A DNA stretch of 28,734 nt from Candidatus Eiseniibacteriota bacterium (GTDB taxonomy: Bacteria > Eisenbacteria > RBG-16-71-46 > SZUA-252): the NCBI GenBank assembly GCA_046716305.1, contig JBKJXM010000380.1, positions 1-28,734 of the forward strand, given 5' to 3'. Shown one piece after another: positions 9,845 to 17,749 of this stretch; positions within the stretch are counted from its first letter, which is position 1, and every line of letters starts with the position of its first letter. The notes below the pieces were generated by a model. That model did not search any database, was not told the DNA's origin, and saw only the letters and a program-made list of their open reading frames with translations. A program made the position numbers and the translations under genes.

Positions 9845-9910
9845 ATCGGCCCTCAAACGAGCTACCCTAAGCCCGTTCTTGGGGTTTGGCCGGTGGTGTA
9901 AGATCGGCCG

Positions 9911-11374
9911 GTGACCCACAGTGAAGCGTCCGCACCCCTGTCCCCAACCACCACCGAGGCCGGCGCCGGAGCCGCCGGGGCCGGCGGCGTAGCCCCCGTC
10001 GTGGCCGCGGCCAACGTGCGCCGGGGGGCCACTCTGGAGCTCACGGTGGAGGACCTCGCCTTCGGCGGGGCGGCACTCGCCAAGGTGGACGGACTGGTGG
10101 TTTTCGTCGAGAACGCGCTGCCCGGAGACCGCGTCGTGGCAACGGTATTCCGGAGAAAGCGCCAGTACGCCGAGGCCCGGGCCGAGCGCATTCTCGTGCC
10201 CTCGCCGGTTCGGGTCGCGGCGCGCTGCGAGCACGTCGGCATCTGCGGCGGGTGCCGGTTCCAGGATCTCTCCTACCCGGAGCAGCTCCGCCACAAGGAG
10301 CGCCAGGTGGAGGAGTGCCTGGCCCATCTCGGCGGGATCACGACCGCCGCCCGGCCGGTTATTCCGGCGCCGTCCCAGTTCCACTACCGGAACAAGATGG
10401 AATTTTCCTTCGGCAAGGACGCGGGAGGGGCGCTCACCCTGGGGCTCCACCGTCGCGGCTTCTTCGACCGCACCTTCGACTTGGTGCGCTGCCACATCGC
10501 CACCCCCATAGCGAGCGAGATCGTCGCCGAAACGCGCGCCTGGGCGGTGGACGAGGGATTGACGCCCTACGACACGAGGCGCCACGCCGGTCTCCTCCGC
10601 TACTTGGTCGTCCGCGAAGGCGTCCGCACCGGCCAGGTCATGGTCAACCTGGTCGCCAGCGAGCCGCACCCCGCGATCGATGCCTTCGCCCGTCGCATCA
10701 CGGGCCGCTTCCCCGCGGTGGCGAGCGTCCTCCTGAACCTGACGCGCCGCAAAGCCCAGATCGCGGTCGGCGAGGAGGAGCGGGTGCTCGCCGGGAAAGA
10801 CCGCATCGAGGAGCGCCTGGGGGGGCTGACTTTCGAGATCTCCTCGGCCTCGTTCTTCCAGACCAACACCGAGCAGGGGGAGCGCCTGCTCGAGACGGCG
10901 CTCGAGGGGCTCGCGCTCACGGGCGGCGAACGCGTGCTCGACCTCTACTCGGGGACCGGCACCTTCACGCTTCCGATCGCGCTCCGATCGCGCGAGGCGA
11001 TCGGGGTCGAGTCCAACGAGGCGGCGGTGCGGGACGCCGAGCGGAACGCGGCCCGGAACGGAATCGCGAACGTGCGGTTCGTAAGAGAGGAGGCCGTGGA
11101 GGCGCTCCGCGACCACTTCGGAGAGGAGCCCACCGCCGTCGACGCAGTCCTGGTGGACCCGCCGCGCGCGGGTCTCCATCCCGGCGTCGTCAGCCGGCTG
11201 ATCAACATGGGGGCGCCGCGGCTCGTCTACGTCTAGTGCAATCCGGCCACGCTCGGGCGCGACCTGGCACTCTTCTGCGAGTCCCGCTACCGGCTCGAAT
11301 GGGTCCGCCCGGTGGACATGTTTCCGCACACGCCCCACATCGAATGCGTCGCGACGCTGGTTCGGGCTTCGTGA
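9911..11374 (+). pseudogene. rlmD: 23S rRNA m5U1939 methyltransferase RlmD, interrupted by an in-frame TAG at 11234-11236
   Basis: TRAM domain, [4Fe-4S] motif CEHVGICGGC, SFFQTN, LDLYSGTGTF, DPPRAG. After LVYV the Ser codon is TAG, and the same frame continues [10 protein letters not shown]...[16 protein letters not shown] to TGA 11372-11374. Confidence 0.85.
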
Positions 11375-11407
11375 AGCCCGCTCTCCGGCCGCGGCGGCAC
11401 TATCCCA

Positions 11408-11416
11408 TGCTACGCT
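11408..11416 (+). promoter_or_regulatory. Putative extended -10 promoter (TGcTACGCT) for the M16 protease gene
   Basis: TGnTAnnnT about 25 nt upstream of ATG 11441, followed by SD GGGAGG. Confidence 0.35.
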
Positions 11417-11440
11417 TGGGCGCCCCGGCGCCAGGGAGGA

Positions 11441-14329
11441 ATGATGCGACACCCCTCGACTTGGCTCCTGGCCGTCCTGGCTCTCACGACGACGATGCCG
11501 GCCTCGGCCGGCTCCACATCCCCGAGTAAAGGAAAAGCGATGACCATTTCCACCGAGGCTGCCGCGGCGCCGGCGCCCGTTTCCGAGACGACCCTCGACA
11601 ACGGGCTCACGGTGCTGATCCAGGAGGTCCACACGGCGCCGGTCGCGGCGTTCATGGTCTGGTACAAGGTCGGCTCCCGCAACGAGACGGCCGGCATCAC
11701 CGGCATCTCGCACCTGCTCGAGCACATGATGTTCAAGGGAACGCCGACGTACGGGAAAGGGGAGATCGCCAAGCTGCTCCAGAAGAACGGCGCCACCTTC
11801 AACGCCGGCACGTCGCTCGACTACACGAACTACTACGAAGTCCTCGCGAGCGACCGCCTCGAGCTGGCGATGAAGATCGAGTCCGACCGCATGGTGCACG
11901 CGACGATCCCCGAGGAAGAACACCGCCTGGAGATGACGGTGGTCCGGTCCGAGCTGGAGCGGAACGAGGACAATCCCGAGCGCGCGCTCTACATCGAGGC
12001 GATGTCGCAGGCGTTCAAGGCGCATCCGTACCACTGGCCCACGATCGGGTGGCGGACGGACGTGGAGCAGATCCGGACCAGCCAGATCCGCGACTACTAC
12101 AAGAGCCACTACATGCCGAACAACGCGACGGTGGTCGTCGTGGGAGACGTCGACAAGGACGCGGTGCTCGCCATGGTGAAGCGCCACTTCGGGGCGATCC
12201 CGCGCGGACCCGATCCCGCGCCCGTGAGCACGGTGGAGCCGCCGCAGATGGGAGAGCGACGGTTCAAGATCCGGAAGCCGGGAGATACCCGTTACTTCCT
12301 TGTCGGCTACCGGAACGCGCCCCTCTTGCACGCGGATACGTACGCCCTCGACGTCCTCGGAATCATCCTCGGGGCCGGACAGACCTCACGCCTCTATCAG
12401 GGGCTGGTCGAGAAGAAGGTGGCGACCGACGTCGACGCGTCGAACGATACGGGGCGCGACCCCATGCTCTTCATGGTGCAGGCCACCGCCGCGGCGGGGT
12501 CCACCCTGGACCAGGTGGAGACCGCCGTCGCCGCGGAGATCGACCGCCTGAAGCGGGAACCGGTCACCGCCAAGGAGCTGGCCCGGGCGAAGAAGCAGGT
12601 GGAGGCCGGGTTCGTCTACTCCAAGGATTCGATCCGGAGCCTGGCGCAGCAATTGGGGTATTACAACACCGTGTCCTCCTGGCGCTATCTGAGCACCTAT
12701 CTCGAGCGAGCGCGCGCGGTGACGGCGGCCGATCTGCAGCGCGTGGCAGCGACCTACCTGACCGAGAACACCCGCACGGTCGGGTGGTGGGACCCGTCCG
12801 AGGAGGCCCAGGCCTCCGGGGGCAGCGGACGCGCCGGCGGCTCGAGCGTCGCGACCCCGTCCCGTTGGGTCGAGCACTACCGCCCCGAGGGGCACGAAGC
12901 TGGCTGGATCCCCGGCGCCCCGGCGCTGGGCGCTCCGGCGCTGGGCGGGGACGCTGCGGCCCAGCCGGCAACCGCCGCCGCTGCGCCCGCCGGCGCCGCC
13001 CGAGTGAAGGGCGCCCCCGCGTATCGGACGGTCCTCCCCAACGGTCTCACGCTCATCGTGCGGCGGAATTCCGCCAACCCGACGATCTCGCTCCAGGGCC
13101 TCGTTCGGGCCGGAGGGATTTTCGATCCCCCGGCGAAGAGCGGGGTGGCCGGCTTCGTCGCGGCCATGCTGGACCAGGGAACGGGCAAGCGCAGCGCGCT
13201 CGAGATGGCGGAAGCCGTGGAGAACGTGGGCGCCCGGCTCGGCTTCGACGGTGGCTCCGAGACGGCGTCCTTCTCGGCCGCCATGCTCTCCCCCGATCTG
13301 CCCATCGTGCTCGACGTGCTGGCGGACGCACTCAGGAATCCGGCGTTTCCGGCGGACAAGGTGGACAAGGTCCGCGCCGAGCGGATCACCGACTACCAGA
13401 TCGCGGAGAATTCCACGGCGAGCGTGGCCGCGCGCCGCGCGAATAAGCTCCTCTACCCGGCCGGGCACCCGTACCACGACCATCCTCTCGGGACCGACTC
13501 GACCCTCCGGGTGATCACCCGCGAGGACCTGACGGCCTTCCACGCCCGCCACTATGGGCCGAACAACACGATCATCGTGCTCGTGGGGGACGTGGATCCG
13601 AAGCAGGCGACGGAGCTGGTGCGCGCAGCGTTCGGCGGGTGGGCCAAGCTTCCTTCGGCCCCCGCCTTCCAGGTGCCCCCGGTGAGCGCGCCCACTGCCG
13701 TCCTCGATCTCGCCGTGCCGATGCGCGGGAAGTCGCAGACCGATCTGGTCTACGCCGTTCCGGGCGTGGCCCGCACGGCGCCCGACTACGACGCCGCGAT
13801 GATGATGAACTACGTGCTGGGAGGCGGCTCCCTGTCGAGCCGGCTGATGACCAACCTCCGCGACGAGCAGGGTCTGGTCTACGGCGTCTACTCCAACCTG
13901 GCGTCGGGGGTCGGCGCGGGCCCGCTCTCGATTCGCGCGGGGACCAACCCGGCCAACACCGACCGGGCCATCTCGAGCATCCTCGAGCAGGTGCGCCGCA
14001 TGTCCGAAGAGGGACCGACCGAGCGGGAGATGGAGGACGCGAAGGACTACCTGACCGGCGTCTTCCCCGTGCGGCTGGAGACGAACTCCGGGGTGGCCTC
14101 GCAGCTCTTGAGCGCCGAGCTCTACGGTCTGGGTCTGGACTATATCGAGCGTTATGCCTCGATCGTGCGCGGGATCACGCGGGATGCGGCCACGGCGGCG
14201 GCGCGCGCGTACCTGCGCCCGAAGACCGGCTATGCGCTGGTGGTCGCGGGCTCGATCGGCGCGCCGGGCACCGCGGCGCCCAACGCGGCGCCCCAGTCGG
14301 CGACCCCGGGGAGCGCGGGTGGCCCTTAG
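11441..14329 (+). CDS. Secreted M16 (pitrilysin/insulinase family) zinc protease with both halves fused
   Basis: Signal peptide, 'YKVGSRNE..GITGISHLLEHMMFKG' (HxxEH), FNAGTSLDYTNY and downstream EVVRSE. The second half starts at 'RTVLPNGLTLIV' and lacks HxxEH. Confidence 0.95.
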   Translation: MMRHPSTWLLAVLALTTTMPASAGSTSPSKGKAMTISTEAAAAPAPVSETTLDNGLTVLIQEVHTAPVAAFMVWYKVGSRNETAGITGISHLLEHMMFKGTPTYGKGEIAKLLQKNGATFNAGTSLDYTNYYEVLASDRLELAMKIESDRMVHATIPEEEHRLEMTVVRSELERNEDNPERALYIEAMSQAFKAHPYHWPTIGWRTDVEQIRTSQIRDYYKSHYMPNNATVVVVGDVDKDAVLAMVKRHFGAIPRGPDPAPVSTVEPPQMGERRFKIRKPGDTRYFLVGYRNAPLLHADTYALDVLGIILGAGQTSRLYQGLVEKKVATDVDASNDTGRDPMLFMVQATAAAGSTLDQVETAVAAEIDRLKREPVTAKELARAKKQVEAGFVYSKDSIRSLAQQLGYYNTVSSWRYLSTYLERARAVTAADLQRVAATYLTENTRTVGWWDPSEEAQASGGSGRAGGSSVATPSRWVEHYRPEGHEAGWIPGAPALGAPALGGDAAAQPATAAAAPAGAARVKGAPAYRTVLPNGLTLIVRRNSANPTISLQGLVRAGGIFDPPAKSGVAGFVAAMLDQGTGKRSALEMAEAVENVGARLGFDGGSETASFSAAMLSPDLPIVLDVLADALRNPAFPADKVDKVRAERITDYQIAENSTASVAARRANKLLYPAGHPYHDHPLGTDSTLRVITREDLTAFHARHYGPNNTIIVLVGDVDPKQATELVRAAFGGWAKLPSAPAFQVPPVSAPTAVLDLAVPMRGKSQTDLVYAVPGVARTAPDYDAAMMMNYVLGGGSLSSRLMTNLRDEQGLVYGVYSNLASGVGAGPLSIRAGTNPANTDRAISSILEQVRRMSEEGPTEREMEDAKDYLTGVFPVRLETNSGVASQLLSAELYGLGLDYIERYASIVRGITRDAATAAARAYLRPKTGYALVVAGSIGAPGTAAPNAAPQSATPGSAGGP

Positions 14330-15596
14330 GCCCACGCGCCTCCTTCTCCTCGCGCTCCTCGTTCTCGCCGCCGCGCCCGCCGAGGCCAGGCGCCTCTTCG
14401 TGCCCCGCGAGCACCGGACGCTCCAGGGCGCGCTGAACGCCGCGGCGCCCGGCGATACGATCTGGGTGGCCGCGGGCGTCTATCCCGGACCTTTCGAGAT
14501 GCGGAAACGCGTGGTGCTCTTTGGCGACGGCGGCCCGGACAGCACCATCCTCGACGGCGGCGACAGCGTGCGTGTGCTCCGCGTCGAGGGCGTGCGGGGG
14601 GGCGCCATCATCGGCTTCGGGATCCGCCGCGGCAAGGCGAACGGCGCAGGCGGGATCCAGTGCGTGCGCGATTCGTCCTTCGAGATCCGCGACTGCACCT
14701 TCACGAAGAACTGGGAATCGGCGGTGGGCGTCTGGGAGTCCGAGGCCGTTTCCCTGGCCGGGTGCCGCGTGCGTGAGAATAAAGGAAGCGGCGTCCGCTT
14801 CAACCATTCCACGGGGGCCATCTTCTCGTCGGAGTTCGTCGAGAACGAGGGATACGACGGCGCCGGCCTGGCGCTCGTGCATAGCCGCCTGGTCATCCCG
14901 CTCCGGCTGGTTCTCTTCGAGCGGAACCAGGCAAAGGGATCCACGGGGGGCGCCTTCAACGCCACCGACTCGTCGGGGGCCACCATCGTGAACTGCACGT
15001 TCCGGGAGAACTCGTCCGACGTGGCGGGCGGCGCCCTGGCGGTGATGCGCGGATCCTCGGTGAACGTGTCCCGGTCGATTTTCGAGGAGAACCGCGCGGC
15101 ATCGGGGGGCGCGCTTCATGCGGACGAAGGGGCGATGAATGTGGGATACTCGACATTCGACCGCAACACGTCGGCCGGAGCGGCCGCCGCGATCGGCATC
15201 CTGAGACGCAAAATTGCGAACGTGAACCCGATCCTCTCCAACAACACGTTCTACCTGAACGACGTGAAGGGAGACGGGGCCACGCTCTTCTTCGTCGATG
15301 TTTCACCGGATGTGCGCCAGAACATCTTCGTCTTGAACAAAGATCAGCGCGCCGTCACGGGGCTCAAATCATCCCCGCGTTACGACTGCAACCTCATTTG
15401 GGATCGTTCCGGAGGGTCCATTGGTGCGCTGCCCTCCGCCAACACCTGGGTCGGGGACCCACTTTTCTGCGACGCGGAGCATGGCAATTTCAAGCTCCGC
15501 GACCTGTCGCCCGCGCTGCGCGCTCCGTGTGGTCCGATCGGCGCGCTCTCCGAAAAGGCGGGCTGCGCTTCATTCCGGCTTCAACCGGCCAACTAG
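14319..15596 (+). CDS. Secreted right-handed parallel beta-helix (pectin-lyase-like) repeat protein
   Basis: GTG 14319 after GGGGAG, signal MALRPTRLLLLALLVLAAAPAEA, 'VP..HRTLQGALNAAAPGDTIWVAAGVY', repeated 'F.EN.A..GGA' turns, and C-terminal 'DPLFCD...NFKL...SP'. Confidence 0.88.
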   Translation: MALRPTRLLLLALLVLAAAPAEARRLFVPREHRTLQGALNAAAPGDTIWVAAGVYPGPFEMRKRVVLFGDGGPDSTILDGGDSVRVLRVEGVRGGAIIGFGIRRGKANGAGGIQCVRDSSFEIRDCTFTKNWESAVGVWESEAVSLAGCRVRENKGSGVRFNHSTGAIFSSEFVENEGYDGAGLALVHSRLVIPLRLVLFERNQAKGSTGGAFNATDSSGATIVNCTFRENSSDVAGGALAVMRGSSVNVSRSIFEENRAASGGALHADEGAMNVGYSTFDRNTSAGAAAAIGILRRKIANVNPILSNNTFYLNDVKGDGATLFFVDVSPDVRQNIFVLNKDQRAVTGLKSSPRYDCNLIWDRSGGSIGALPSANTWVGDPLFCDAEHGNFKLRDLSPALRAPCGPIGALSEKAGCASFRLQPAN

Positions 15597-15617
15597 TCCT
15601 CCCGTCCAACGGAGGCG

Positions 15618-15646
15618 GGAACTTCGGCCGGTCCTCGCTGGTAGAC
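15618..15646 (+). promoter_or_regulatory. Possible sigmaE-type ECF promoter (GGAACTT-N16-GTAGAC)
   Basis: The -35 box matches the RpoE consensus GGAACTT with a 16-nt spacer; the -10 box matches only partly. It lies upstream of a DegP-type PDZ protein. Confidence 0.3.
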
Positions 15647-15698
15647 CGGAGTGATGCGCGGCATACCCCACCCCTATCCGGTACGGAGGTAACAACAG

Positions 15699-16439
15699 AT
15701 GAGATGGTCTCAGGCATTGCGGCCGACCTGGAGCTTGGCGGCTCTGGGGTTGGCGCTGTCGCTCCTGGTCGCCCCCATGGCGGCGAGGGCGCAGGATGAT
15801 GATGAGGACGACCAGGACAACGGGCGTTCCGGTACGGTTCGGATCTACGAGTCCCCCGGGTCACGAGACGACAATTCCGCCGCCCAGAGAGGCGGCTACC
15901 TCGGCGTTCAGGTGCAGGACGTCACCCGCACGCTCCAGCGGGCGCGAAACCTCCCCACCGAGCAGGGGGCCATGGTCAGCCGCGTGGAGCAGAACAGCCC
16001 CGCGGACCGGAGCGGGATCCGCCGCGGCGACGTGATCGTCGAGGTGAACGGAGACAAGATCGAGGATTCGGCCGATCTGATCCGCACTGTCCGGCGGCTC
16101 GACACCGGCGAAAACGCTCGTATCACGTTGTGGCGAGGCGGCTCCCTTCGGACGATCACCGCCGAGCTGGGTGAGCGCCCTCCTCAAAGCCGGCCGGACA
16201 TGCCGCCCGACATGGGCCGCCGATCGGGCAACGACGAGGACATTCCGATGCCGCCGAGGCAGCCGTCCATGGGCGATCGCGGTTTCGGCGATCGCGACCA
16301 GGTTCGGCAGCAGATCCGGGAGCTCCAAGATCAGCTCCGGCAGCTTCGCGAGGAGATGCGGGCGCTCCGCATGGAGCTCAGCCCGGTACGCGATAACGGA
16401 GACGACGACAGCCGCACGCGCAACGATCGGGACGACTAG
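15699..16439 (+). CDS. Exported single-PDZ-domain protein (DegP/HtrA-type PDZ without a protease domain) with a C-terminal coiled coil
   Basis: SD GGAGGT and a signal peptide ending ARA-Q. PDZ: 'GGYLGVQVQDVT...GAMVSRVEQNSPADRSGIRRGDVIVEVNG'. Heptad segment: 'VRQQIRELQDQLRQLREEMRALRMEL'. Confidence 0.88.
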   Translation: MRWSQALRPTWSLAALGLALSLLVAPMAARAQDDDEDDQDNGRSGTVRIYESPGSRDDNSAAQRGGYLGVQVQDVTRTLQRARNLPTEQGAMVSRVEQNSPADRSGIRRGDVIVEVNGDKIEDSADLIRTVRRLDTGENARITLWRGGSLRTITAELGERPPQSRPDMPPDMGRRSGNDEDIPMPPRQPSMGDRGFGDRDQVRQQIRELQDQLRQLREEMRALRMELSPVRDNGDDDSRTRNDRDD

Positions 16440-16504
16440 AGGAACGCCAGCGCCACGCTCCCCCGGTCGCGGGTAGTGCCGCAAGCAGTTGGGAAACAGT
16501 TGAT

Positions 16505-16550
16505 TGGAGGGGGTGCGCAGATTGTCTGCGCGCCCCACTCTCCCCCTCCA
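16505..16550. terminator. GC-rich hairpin downstream of the PDZ gene
   Basis: Inner stem GCGCAGA-TTG-TCTGCGC, outer TGGAGGGGG / CCCCCTCCA. There is no U-tract, so a terminator role is uncertain. Confidence 0.3.
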
Positions 16551-16571
16551 GCCAGCCGGGGCATCCAGGAA

Positions 16572-16601
16572 TGGACTCGCCTTTATGCCCCGTGCTATGA
16601 T
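16572..16601 (+). promoter_or_regulatory. Sigma70-type promoter for the S11/M23 operon
   Basis: TGGACT (16572-16577), an 18-nt spacer ending in TGc, then TATGAT (16596-16601). Confidence 0.5.
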
Positions 16602-16604
16602 GAT

Positions 16605-16705
16605 GGTCGGTTGAAGCTTCCGAGTCCTTCGGGCACGAACTACCCCTTCAGTTCTGCCTGCCCGAAACCGATAACTCAAAGAGGGGCGCCTTCCCCGCCC
16701 TTCTG
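16605..16705 (+). ncRNA. Candidate structured cis-regulatory 5' leader (riboswitch/attenuator-like)
   Basis: Nested stems TCGGTT/AACCGA, TCGGGCA/TGCCCGA and GAACT/AGTTC, then hairpin AGGGGCG/CGCCCTT followed by CT. Pairings were found by eye. Confidence 0.35.
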
Positions 16706-16751
16706 CTACCCGCCGTCCAGAGGTTACTCACGGATGAGGGCTGACCATTCT

Positions 16752-17747
16752 ATGACACCTCCTCGTCTCCTCCGAAAAATCGCCTTTATCCTGTGCGCCG
16801 TCATGGCCTTCGGTGCTGCCGCCGAGGCCCGGGACGCCGAGGCTGCCGCGCGCGCCACCCGGGCGAAGAAGACAACGCGCCTGCACGCCACGTCGACTAG
16901 CCGTGTCGCGAAACGCCGTCCCCGCGTGCGCCGCCGCCGCCGGGCCGCGGTGCTTCGCCTCCCGGCCATCACGCCGTACGGGATTCCCCGCCTCCATGTG
17001 AAGGCGGCCTACGTCGAGGACGCGAGCGGGCAGGTGCTCTTCCAGAAGAACCAGGAGCGCCTTTATCCCATCGCCAGCCTGACCAAGCTGATCACCGCCA
17101 TGGTGCTTTTGGACACGCAACCTGACTGGGACCGGGTGGTGGAGATTCTTCCCGAGGACAAGCGCAAGTCCAGCCGCTCCCACATCCGATCCCACGAGCA
17201 GATTTCCGTCCGCGACCTCGTCCATGCCTCGCTGATGGCCTCGGACAACGTGGCCACGAAGGCCCTCGCCCGAACGTGCGGCGTCGATCGCCTCGAGTTC
17301 GTGCGGCGAATGAACGTGAAGGCGGAATCGCTGGGTCTCACGGGGGCCCACTTCGTCGAGCCGACCGGACTGAGCGAGCACAACGTCGCGACCGCCCAGA
17401 GCGTCGCCAAGCTTCTTCGCGCCGCGGCCAGCAACCCGGTCGTGAGCACGATCATGCAGAAGGAGCAGTACACATTCACGTCCAACCGCCGCCTGCACAC
17501 CCTGGGCAACACCAACCGGCTCTTGAAGAGCAAGTGGCGCGTCACCGCGGGCAAGACGGGCTTCATCAGCGAGTCGGGCTACTGTCTCGCGACCAACATC
17601 CAATCCCCGTCTGGAACGGAAATCACGGCCGTCCTCCTGGGGGCGCCTAGTAACGCCCTCCGGTTCGCGGAGGCGCGGAGGATCCTCGACTGGACCTTCC
17701 GCTTCGCCCTCCATCGCGATATCGACCCCGCCGTGGAGACCCAATAG
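16752..17747 (+). CDS. Peptidase S11 D-alanyl-D-alanine endo/carboxypeptidase (PbpG-like)
   Basis: SxxK (ASLTK), SxN (ASDN), KTG (GKTG) and 'HFVEPTGLSEHNVATA'. Signal peptide and basic linker. Start uncertain: ATG 16734 or 16752. Confidence 0.93.
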   Translation: MTPPRLLRKIAFILCAVMAFGAAAEARDAEAAARATRAKKTTRLHATSTSRVAKRRPRVRRRRRAAVLRLPAITPYGIPRLHVKAAYVEDASGQVLFQKNQERLYPIASLTKLITAMVLLDTQPDWDRVVEILPEDKRKSSRSHIRSHEQISVRDLVHASLMASDNVATKALARTCGVDRLEFVRRMNVKAESLGLTGAHFVEPTGLSEHNVATAQSVAKLLRAAASNPVVSTIMQKEQYTFTSNRRLHTLGNTNRLLKSKWRVTAGKTGFISESGYCLATNIQSPSGTEITAVLLGAPSNALRFAEARRILDWTFRFALHRDIDPAVETQ

Positions 17748-17749
17748 GG

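Noticed and set aside
11234-11236. Genome-wide TAG reassignment (alternative genetic code)
   Set aside because: TAG terminates at least seven intact genes in this window at their expected ends.
9845-12331. The 1055-aa minus-strand track ORF 9164..12331 as one giant protein
   Set aside because: Only the last ~226 aa look like a gene (SD, signal peptide, cupredoxin motif). The rest is the antisense shadow of rlmD and the M16 gene, which is common at high GC.
12914-12943. 15-bp tandem repeat (GAPAL-GAPAL) in the M16 gene
   Set aside because: It lies in the low-complexity inter-domain linker and is in frame; ordinary linker slippage.
16605-16680. Assignment of the leader to the c-di-GMP-II riboswitch (shares UGAAG...GGGCAC...AACCGA)
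   Set aside because: The 5' GGAAAC element, kink-turn nucleotides and the complement of CUUCC needed for that fold are absent. It is kept only as an unassigned candidate.
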